Of a DNA stretch of 64,000 bases, positions 53,281 through 63,500 are shown in pieces (the first letter of the stretch is position 1; each line of letters starts with the position of its first letter). The notes under the pieces were generated by a model. That model was not told where the DNA came from and searched no databases. It was given only the letters and a program-made list of their open reading frames with translations. Both the position numbers and the translations under genes were made by a program. Origin of the DNA: Girardia tigrina (Eukaryota); contig MQRK01244371.1 of the NCBI GenBank assembly GCA_001938485.1, forward strand, positions 1-64,000. The letters are read 5' to 3'.

Positions 53281-54691
53281 AATCAATCATTTGTGTATTT
53301 CCTTTCTGTGGGCGCCCCTCATTCCTGTTCAAATTGTTAGACTCTGCTCTGATGCTTTTTATAATGCAATTCTAAATGTAAAGCATTATGTTAATTATCG
53401 TAATTGTCATGCATAAATATGTCACTCTGCCTTCTGCCTGTCTCGCTTATGCTTCGGTTAAGTGTATGTATGGTGGTTCTCTTTTACGTTGTTCCCCTCG
53501 CACCCTGTTTCTGTTTGAAACTGATATTAACTGGTGTGTCTGTCAAAAGTCTCTGAAATAATTATCAGTAACTACTAAATTAATTATTAAGTATGATTGT
53601 TATTTGTAGTAATTAAATCTTTCAATTATTAAACACGATTGTTAATTATTAAATTTTCAACTAGTCAACAAAATTATTATTTCTAAAATTAAAATTTTTT
53701 TTAAATATTGACTATTCAGCATAATTCGAGAAGTGATAGATATATTGATCATCAATAAGTCGAGATATAACATGCATGTTAGTCGTTTATCAGTTATTTA
53801 TTGGTGCTTGACCAATCATATCACTGCTTCTCCCTCGCTCTAGTCGCACTTTACGACTGTATATAATTATTGATTTTTATTCTTCGTGGATTGCTCACCA
53901 TAATTTCTAAATTTTATTTTTTCTTTCTCGGATATTGAGGAGATCGTCTATGTATATGGGGAAACATATCAACTTTCCTCACGGTCTGTATTATTTTCTT
54001 AACCTTCGACGACTGCACTTTCAACGTTATTCGTTTACAGTACCTCTCCTCTGGACTTGTTTGGATGTCTCTCATTATCGACGACGAACCTAGAAGCTAA
54101 AAGGAAATGGCAAAGGGTTGTCAATAATTATTATAATTTTAGTTATTTATCAAAATTAATAAAATGATTTATTGTATAATACATTTATTCAAGGTAGAAA
54201 ACAGTTATAAAATTTACATTCGGCAAGTTTCTTGATTCTGGAAGAAAGTTCGTTCATCTAGCAAAAATGGATTCACAAATGTGGGTGGTCCTCGTGAGTT
54301 TTGACGTCGAGTTGATTCTTGTTTCTGATGCAACAATACAATCGTTTACAGTTCGCGCCGCGAAAATCTTTTCTTGGAAACTAGGTTGATTTCGTGAGGA
54401 AATTGACGGATTGTTGTGGATTTGGTTCGTTTCTAAGTTTTTGTTTGTTCAAAATTTTGTTCGTGATATAGCAGTGTTCTAAAAACAATTATGGTTCTGG
54501 TTGTTATTCTACTATGTGCTTGCATTTTACTTGTCGCGTCGTGATTGATGTTTTACTGTCTTTCGCTACTGTCATTTGTTGCGGTCCACTATCGCTTAAA
54601 CCTCAGTTCAAAAACACCCACAAAACAAAAATAAACAAAAGAAAAAAGAAAATATTATTATGTAATACATATATTTAATCTCCAATAAAAG

Positions 54692-55340
54692 TTATGTTAT
54701 TGCCCTGAACCCCTCACGGTTTGAGTATAAGTCGCAGACATCGCGGTTGGAACTGTAAATACAATATGAAGGAAAATCAGGCAATATCAAATAAAAACTT
54801 ACCCGTTGAAAGGAATCAAACAATCGATCCTCCAGGTATAGCCCGTTGTAAGGCCAACCACTGAAGAGGACCCACAAGGTTGTGATGTATTCTCCTGAAA
54901 AGTTATTAACCCTAAAATAAAATAATTAATTAAAAATAATTAATTAAAAAACCAGACAGAAAATGATAAAGTTAATTACTGGACGAGCCGTTAACGTTAT
55001 GAGGTCAACAGACCCTTCACGTGTAGCCCCGAAGAAGACGAATTCCTGAAGGCCACCCCCAAGACCCTGACGCGTTTCGCTGAGGAGATATACCCCTGCG
55101 AAGATATACAAAATTATTTAAAAGAACAAAGGCTAATTAAAAAGTTACCACGAGTCAGGCCCCACAAAGCGAAAAATAACATCACGCGATGATTAATCCT
55201 GAATAATCGGTGACAAAGAACCGCATGACAAGCAGTCACTGTATGGTACGACAGTCCTGACAAATGAGAGCCCAAAATTACTAACAAGAGCGAATCAGAA
55301 GAGGCCACGACAAAGCACACCCCGATAGGTGAGATGATGA
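54692..55340 (-). CDS. Orphan spliced ORF; exons 55340-55149, 55095-54980, 54894-54803, 54752-54692; start not identified
   Basis: Three GT-AG introns (53, 85, 50 nt) join four GC-enriched exons in one stop-free frame ending ...NREGFRAIT*. Confidence 0.5.
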
Positions 55341-56984
55341 CTGTTATAAATATAACATTCAAACGCACAGTTTTCAGAACATTTTTTACGACGAACGTTT
55401 TTTGCAAAATTTCCAGAGCATATTTTTGAATATTTTAAAACGCGATCATCTTGAGCAGTACCAACGAGAAGAAATCCGACGAGAATCCCGACGTCATATT
55501 CATCAAAGGATATCGAACGACGAATTAAGAGCGCAACTGAACCTTTCCGACGAGTGAAACTTACCCGACCGAGATATTTAAGTTATTGTAATTCTATTTT
55601 GTTTAATTTTGAATGATGCGACTCGATATAATAAATATAAATATATATAAATATATAAATATATATCGATATATAAATATTTGAATTTTATTTATTTTCT
55701 TCTATTTATGTGTAAATATCCTTTATGATAATTAATTTTTGCGTCATACGTTTGTTTTTTGTCACAGAATAAATTAGTCCTTCGTCCCGCCGTCGTCATC
55801 TTCCACAATGTCCCGGGATAATTTGCGATCGAACGCACAATGGAAAAACGTAGGAAGTTATGCGGACCCGATAATTGTTAATGCGGTTCCGATATCGATG
55901 GAATCGTTTATTACAGGAGATTACACCGGGTCACTTCTAGTTAACGTGGAGCTGCGAGCCCCTCCGCATCAGACAATATAGTACATAGCGACAGAACCCT
56001 CTTTTAATGACTATTTGTTGCGTCATAAATATAATTTTAATTTTTACATAATAAGTCATGTAAACCCGAGGGATCTAGATTGCATAAGAGACAAGCGATA
56101 ATGTGATAACCTGTAAATAAACCTTGAGAAGACTGCTGGTCGGCATACTGCAAATATACCCCTCATGACACGTTTGTTACTGATGAATACCGACTCTTGA
56201 GAAGGCTTGATTTTGTGCCATGAATCGAAGGTGAAATTTTGGGTATTTAAACAATCGTATTTTGTCGGTAATTTTACGATCATTTCACCGATTTTAGGAG
56301 TAATTGATTTTTCGATAGGTAAATATTTTAGTGGAGTTTATATTTTTTATAAGTGATTATTTTAGTAAATTAATGGAATTATTTAAACTACATATTTTAG
56401 TTAAAGTTAAGTTTACGGAGTTATTGAGAATTTCACTTATTAGTCCATGAATTTCTTTTAATATGCGACAGAACGGTGTGTTTTAAGAGTTAATTGCCAT
56501 GATGGTCTCCGATAAATATAGAGGGACTATTTGTAAATAAATTATGAATGAAATTTATATTAATCTTACTCAGTTAAAATAAGTATTTATTCGTCTAAGT
56601 TCCTCAAATTTTAGTTTAGCTGAGAGAATCGAATTCGTTTACATTGATTATTTACATAGGACTAAGGTTATTAACGAGGAGCGCGACAGTTTATCGTGTA
56701 GTAGTGATAACTTAAGGATGATTTGCCCATGATTTTAACAATTTTGGTTTGGATGTTGAGAAGTTGAAGGTAATTATGGGGGGTTACTACTGAAATACTG
56801 ACATAAGTGAAGTGAGCGTGGTACAGATGAATAATGTAGAATACGCAAGTGAAGTAGGGGCGTGTGATGAAATTGTGTGAGATATCTGTAAACGCTGTAA
56901 GTGCAATAAGCCCTATAATATATACGACAGTGTAATAAGTTCTATACCATACACAATGGTGCAGCGAATTGCAAGTTTTAAGTT

Positions 56985-57255
56985 ATCATCCCCGATCGAT
57001 AATGAGTTAGGTGGGGGGCCCTTAGCTCATCCCGTCTATACGCGAACCCTATGGCCCTTCAGACTCTGCACTGCTAGGCAGATGTTGAACGAGAAGAGGC
57101 GTCCAACCCATAAATAATGACAGAAATAGTTAGGTATTAAAGTGAATCATAAAATTAGCATAAGTTAAGAGTGGGTTGTGGCTGACCCTTAATAGCCACT
57201 GGGGGCTCTGAGCACTTAAAACTGTTATGAACAAAAGGGGCGTGCCACATTGGCC
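56985..57255 (-). repeat. Diverged inverted repeat, arm B
   Basis: Reverse complement aligns with 53025-53280. Confidence 0.75.
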
Positions 57256-57670
57256 TCTACTATTCAACTCCTCGTGCATTGGGTCGTATGACGTCTACAT
57301 GAATAATCGGGAGATATTATTTTCTAGACTGGAAATGAATCATTGGTAAGTTTAATTAATTTCTTTATATTTTAATTAATTTTTCTCACTTCTTTCAGGG
57401 TGAATATCTTCGCTCAGAATGGTTCCAGCTCAAAATGGGTCGCGCTCATGAATTCTCCTCACAGGGAGCTATCGGAAGAGGGTCGGGTATCAATTTCCGG
57501 TTCTCGGGTGAGATCTGGGGCAACTTCTAATATTTTGATTTATTTATGTAATCTCTCAGAACACGAAAGACGGCAATAGAGCTTTCGGTCGCAACGAGAA
57601 AGTGCGAAATGATGCAGATAACACTGGTCGGGGTCCTTGTCCGTCGACTACATTTGTTATACGTTTTTAA
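57227..57670 (+). CDS. Orphan spliced ORF, 112 aa; exons 57227-57345, 57399-57507, 57560-57670
   Basis: GTAAGT..TTTCAG (53 nt) and GTGAGA..TCTCAG (52 nt) introns give an uninterrupted ATG-to-TAA frame. Confidence 0.5.
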
Positions 57671-58569
57671 ATATATGTATTCTATGATATTAGTGTTGCT
57701 TTTTCTTTTGTATATATTGTTGAGTGTTAGTTGTGTTTTTATTAAAAATGATAAAATAACTCTGATTTTAGTTTATAAAAATATATTTATGTATCTACAA
57801 TTGATTACAAGTAAAAGGCTTGATAGAAGAGTAGTATTTTATTTGGCCCCTGACCGATTTTATATTGAAACACCGAAAGCCTTTAGCGACAACTCGGGTT
57901 AATTAAATTTTTAAAGGTTTTTCTTCACACTTTACAGCGTGATTTTTTATATAAGAATACGATGATTTTAAATAATAATTACCCTTTATATAATAATTAT
58001 TCTTATAATTACTTTTTATCTCTTTCTCTTTAATTCTCAACTTGGACACTATTTTAGTGTGATTATTGTTTCACAAATTATAGACTATTTCAGTGTGATT
58101 GAAAGTGTGAGTATTCTTGATTTTTGCTCGCTTAAATATAATCGAGAATAAATAATTTATACGATGTCTCGACTTCTCGTCTTTCTTTTCTTCAAAATAA
58201 ATTCTCTCTAACTTTTAAAATAAACCATCCTTGAACTTAAAAAACTTCTAAATTCTTAATAAATAATAGCATTTTTATATAATTTTTATGTACTTCTTTG
58301 TCTTTAAATTAATTATATTTACTTTCCTTATTCTTTGTTTATCATTTCCTCTTAATCAATTCAATTTTACTTTTCTTTTATTTACTTACACTTTTCTATT
58401 TTCTTATTTATTTATATAAAAAATATAATTTTATATTTTTTATCATAAATATTCCATCTATGAAAATATAATTATTTAATAATATTTATTAATTTAAAAC
58501 AAATACATAATAAATTATAACTTTTAGGATATTTCCTCAACAATATGTATATGTCACATTTAGTGGATA

Positions 58570-59010
58570 TCAGACCGTAACAGGAAGTGCCTGCAGACCG
58601 TTCCGTAGAATTTGATCGTCCTCGGAAGTCGGACCGAGTTGAGCACGATGACGCTGTAGAATACTTAGGTGCTCCGACGGACATCGGTCGCTCATGCTGT
58701 AAGCGGAGAAAAGCGCATCAAAGTGAAATGATGATGGTTGTCTGCGACTCCAGATTATTGTTTGTTGAAGATCCGTGTACGGTGTTGTCAATTCAATATT
58801 GAAGTATTCTTGACACTCCATGGGAATGGATGGTGAAGATTGGCAGCGACGTGAAAGAACTTCGTCCTTTCGCAAGAAATCTTGGATAATTTGAAAACGG
58901 CCTCGACTTGTCGAAACCACATTTGCACCGCATCGAAGTATTGTGGCAGTTAGGTAGAGACTTGGTTTCAATCGAGCGAACTAGTTCTGACACCATTGTA
59001 AATTTCATCC
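58570..59010 (-). pseudogene. gag: Gypsy (Mag-like, DUF7041-type) gag fragment, frameshifted
   Basis: LPQYFDAVQMWFRQVEAVFKLSKISCERTKFFHVAANL, then PYTDLQQTII..LFSAYSMSDRCPSEHL..DDQILRNGLQALP. Confidence 0.8.
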
Positions 59011-59059
59011 ATCGATTATTAAAAGAATAATAAAACACGATTTTTAAAAATTTATTATT

Positions 59060-59640
59060 TGATAATTCTGTTTATTAAAACAACAATAGTTATTTTAAAA
59101 ATTATAAAATTCCATTTTATGATACAATTTTTTTATTAACGCAATATATTTCGACGGAATATCCGTCATCATCTTGAAAGAAAGAATGCTAGAAATCACT
59201 TGCAGAAGGAATTGGCGGTAGTTGAAGCTGTGCTTTTTAATGTAACTGATGATTATTGCTTTAAATTATGTAATGCTGTTTCACATTTTATTTCTAACAA
59301 AGTTGTTTCTGATAAAATTATGTAGAAAATAAAAAACTTATCAATCTAAGAAAATTATTTTGTGTTTGTAATTTTAATGTGTTAAAGCGGTTAATCCAGC
59401 AATTAACGTCCAATCATGCAACTCATTAACTTTATTGAAAGTTTTTGCGTGAAACAGTAATTACACAATGGACTACATAATCACCATTTTAACATATATA
59501 AGCTTTACAGCTACAATCAAAATCGCCTGATGATGACGGATATTCCGTCGATATATATTGCGTCAATAAAAAATTGTATTCTAAAAAGACGTTTTTTTAT
59601 TTTTAAAATAACATTTGCAATTGTTTTTTAAATTTATCAG
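59060..59640 (+). mobile_element. Penelope-like 3' remnant with inverted partial pseudo-LTRs, each carrying a defective hammerhead motif
   Basis: ~115-bp inverted repeat (59060-59173 / 59529-59640) containing GATGATGACGGATATTCCGTCGA(A/T)ATATATTGCG followed by AATAAA. Confidence 0.7.
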
Positions 59641-59729
59641 TTATTTAAATTTTTTTTAAATAATTAAAAATAACATTTTTAATTTAAGGAAATGCACTTT
59701 ACAATCCGCATCTCAACTTTTGATCATTA

Positions 59730-60100
59730 AGTTCCTTGTATAACCAGCACCGTGTATAACCCGAATATCTTATAAAATATTTTTATTAAAATGAAATAAT
59801 AAATTGTAAAGTGAAAAATCGTTTGAAAATATGCGCAAACAGTGTTCATCCCAGGGGGTTGACAAAAAACTAAAGCTTCAGGATTTCAGCGTAAACAAGT
59901 CATTTAAATCTCACATCAGAGATCATTTGGAGAATTGTATGATTAGTGGCAATCATACTTATACTGAAAGTGGCAAGATGCGTCGGATATCTTTCTCAGA
60001 AATTTGTCGATGTATTGTGGCTAGCTGGAATTTATTACTGCTGAATGAATTAAAAATGGTTTTATAAAGGGGACCATTTGTACCTATGAGAATGAGAGTG
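59730..60100 (+). mobile_element. pogo (POGK/Passer-like) transposase C-terminal remnant
   Basis: IPGG.TKKL..QDFSVNKSFKSHIRDHLENCMISGNHTYTESGKMRRISFSEICRCIVASW. TGTATAACC subterminal repeats at about 59737-59761. Confidence 0.8.
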
Positions 60101-60579
60101 CTGCTGAAATGAAAGATGGTGAAAGTTGTGCCTGGGTAGAAAGAGAAAGTGGCTATACTGAGAATTGGAAGAGAAGAAAAAGAATAGAGTGATACAAACA
60201 ACTGACAGTTGGAAAAAAACGAAAGAAATAGCAGGAGAATTCCACAAAAAAGAAGGTAAAGAAAGTCATATACATTTGTGAATAAAAATTGTAAATAATG
60301 ATTACAAGCTGTTTGTTAAAACTGAAGTTGAATCTAGTAATTCCTTAGTAAGTTGAAGCCTGGTTGGTTCAAGAAGGGGGGAATTGATCGCATTGCGATT
60401 CCAATTAACACTTACTTCAGCCCAATTTAAATTAGAGTTAAATAAATATTTTTAAATAATTAAATTAAAGAAATCAAATTAAATAATTAAATAAAGTAAA
60501 TTTAAATTAAATACAAATAAGTAAATAAATAATTTAAATAACATTAGTAAATTAAATAAAGTATATACACATATATGGT

Positions 60580-60622
<43 letters not shown>

Positions 60623-61179
60623 AGTCTTGTGAACGCAAGTTTAGTATTTCGAAAATATANNNNNNNNNNNNNNNNNNNNNNNNNNNNNNNNNNNNNNNNN
60701 NNNNNNNNNNNNNNCCCCGCCACTATCCACACCCCGTATCCCCGGGACCATTGGGGGTAATAGTGGGGATAGTCTAGCTCGACTATCCCCGATTAATGTT
60801 AAATTGGTCCCGAGCATTTTGGGGCGACGAATAAACGGGGGGCTTCCCTGGGTTCGTCCCAGTCGCTGCCGCACCTCCCCGGAGTCCTTTGAGGCTTCCT
60901 AAATTAAACAAAAGTTAATAAGTTAATTAATTAATTTAAAGTACCGTACCGCAATAATTCATAAGGTCATCCACGCGCCGACATTCTTGCGACATTTGGC
61001 ATTGACTGCATCCTGTAAACAGGACGTCGTCAGAACATCATTTTGGTTGACCGGGTAATTTCGGCATTGCCGACATCCTGTAAACAGGATGCTGTGCGAA
61101 GCCAAATCGGACGTTCCTCGACAGCGTCTTGATAATTGAAATATAAATAATAGAAACCCAGTCTATTATAAACACAAAA

Positions 61180-61440
61180 AATACCTTATTTTTCGATACG
61201 GAATAATTACGAATTGAAAGTTTAATTACGAATTGAAAGTTTAATTATGAATTGAAATCTTAATTACGAATAGAAAAATAATTACGAATTGAAAGCTTAT
61301 CAATATACCTTATTTTCGAAACAGAACAATTACGAATTGAAAGTTTATCAATATACCTTATTTTCGAAACAGAACAATTACGAATTGAAAGTTTATCAAT
61401 ATATCTTATTTTCGGGACAGAACAGTTACGAATTAAAAGG
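61180..61440. repeat. Compound tandem repeat: ~19-bp units followed by about three 48-bp units
   Basis: AATTACGAATTGAAAGTTT repeated, then TACCTTATTTTCGAAACAGAACAATTACGAATTGAAAGTTTATCAATA. Confidence 0.92.
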
Positions 61441-61969
61441 TAATATTAAAAGGGTTTTTATTATTTGTTTAGGCCATTGATCTATTTAATCGATTATTTA
61501 CTTATTTAATTTTAATGTTGATTCATTAAACAGGTTTTTATGATTTGTTTTGATCACTTATTGGTTTAATTTTGACGATGATTTTTATTTTTTAATTTTA
61601 TTGCACAAATAAATTTTAATTGTTTAAATTGTTTGGTTACTTGATTAATTGTCAGTTTATTGAATCCCTTGTTAATCACTTTCCCGACTTTCGTTTGAGT
61701 AAGTATTTAGTAAGGTAATAATGAGGGAGAGGGCTCAGTCACAAGTCGGGACAATCTCGTTACTGGTTAAGAACCCGAAGGCGCTCTAATGTCTGCACAA
61801 TTCGTTGATGTAGACAAAGGAGTCGCGTCTGTTCCCCGTTGAGATGCAATTAGCTTATTTTGATAGAGTTGCCGTTGAACTCTAACGGAAAACGGATGGG
61901 GGCTCAGAGTCATCAATAATGTTGTTTAAAGGAGAACACGACATTTGATTAAAGCTTTTTTATATAATT

Positions 61970-62011
61970 ATTGGACATGTTTCGATATTTACTTACATCA
62001 TCATCAGCAAT
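61970..62011 (-). ncRNA. Minimal type I hammerhead ribozyme motif (Penelope-type)
   Basis: Minus strand ATTG-CTGATGA-T-GATGT aagtaa ATATC-GAAA-CATG-TC^CAAT: intact core, stems I and II pair, palindromic ACATGT stem III. Confidence 0.85.
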
Positions 62012-62199
62012 TTTCGGATGTTTAGTATATGAATATTGAATTTTTTGAATAATAAAAATTTAACAGATATATTTACTCTAAAAGGTAACGAAAAAATTAA
62101 TTATTATTATTTATCAAAGTATTATTGGGTAATAATGGCAAAAAGAATATTTTAATTAAAAATTTTAAGTATTGAAATAACCTTACTTTGCCCATTCTG

Positions 62200-62370
62200 A
62201 ATGTTGTCTTCATTATGAATGGTCTTCATCCGAATATTAAATTTACCACAGAATTGGAAGTAGATAATAAATTTCCCTTTCTGGACAATCTTTTCACTAG
62301 GATGAATGGAGGCTATAAAACTGAATTATTCAGAAAGGCAACAGATAAATGTCTTTACACAGCACCACGA
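62200..62370 (+). mobile_element. Penelope-like element RT (thumb) fragment
   Basis: MNGLHPNIKFTTELEVDNKFPFLDNLFTR..YKTELFRKAT matches the PLE RT C-terminal motif. Confidence 0.88.
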
Positions 62371-62385
62371 AAACCGATTTAACAG

Positions 62386-63500
62386 AACTGGAAGAAAATA
62401 ACTTCATGAAATTATCGATTCATTCAATTATTCCATTAACACTAGCGGATAAAACAGTTCTCAGTGGATCAATGGGAACATTAAAATCCGACGATTTTCG
62501 AGTGGTTTTAAGTGGAATTCAGTTCTTCGCAGATGTCATTCTCGAAAATTTTCAGGCACCGGTGTTTTTGCAGCATCAAGAAGTATTACGAATATTATTG
62601 CGATTTGTGTCTAGTCGGCAATATTCAACAGCGGCTGTTAGAGCACTCTTGAAACTGGTCCTTAAAATGCTGCAATATATCGAGATGTATTTAGATCCAA
62701 ATTTCTTTTCCACAAAAAATACATACGGAATAATAAAGTTCAATATGAATTTGAAGACGATTACCATTGGGTGTCAGATGAATTACTAAATTTTCAATAC
62801 GAACCAAATATGGCAATACCAACTCAGTTACCGGTTCCGGTATTTTCTTTACACATGATTTACGTTTGTCTTTTTTTCCAAATTGCAGATTCTAACTGGA
62901 TAAATTTGTTTCAGGTTTTTTCGAGTAGTATCAAATTATTTCGAGAAAGTCTGGGAAGTGATTTTAAACGACCATATTTATTAGAACTATGGAATCTAAA
63001 AGATCAACTATATGAAGTCTTTAATCTGTGGTCGTGTTTATTGGCTCAATATTCAATTATGGAAGATATTAACTGTTGTCAACTTTCCGATAATCGCCAG
63101 ATCTATTTGTACTTGTTCTCAACTTTCTGGGATTTCGTTTCCAGTTTATATTCTCCTGAAATGGCACTGAAACATATGCAAGAATTTAGTAAAACTGAAC
63201 TGTGTCGAGCTCAATTCGATAAATGTCTCTTGTTAGCTCTTGGTAAAAAAAGTCTGTCACTTACTAATTACACTGAGTTATTTGATCAAACTCTGTCTAA
63301 AATAAACACGAAGACTGATGTAGTTGTGCGAATCTTTGATTAGATTCTTTTTAAATAATAATGAACCGATAAAATTTGCAGAACAGTGTGTTACGACAGC
63401 TCAAGAGTCACTCAATTACCTGGAATATGTTTATGGGGTACGAATTTGTAAAGAATGTCGTGAGAAATTCCGATCATTCCGCATCGTGGATACGCGTCGT
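62386..63500 (+). pseudogene. RTTN: Rotatin (Ana3) N-terminal-region fragment with frameshifts and a stop
   Basis: PLTLADKTVLS..LKS..FFADVILENFQAPVFLQ..YLDPNFFSTK, QLPVPVFSL and NRQIYL..FVSSLYSPEMA are colinear with vertebrate rotatin as recalled. Acceptor TTTAACAG ends at 62385. Frameshift near 62725, TAG at 63341, further shifts after. Confidence 0.8.

Noticed and set aside
54861-54910. CTGAAGA-GGA...TCCT-GAAA as a hammerhead
   Set aside because: No stem III/NUH or stem I. The CTGAAA is the reverse complement of a splice acceptor.
61289-61480. Repetitive ORF or CRISPR-like array
   Set aside because: Plain tandem repeat with no unique spacers and no cas genes, in a eukaryotic context.
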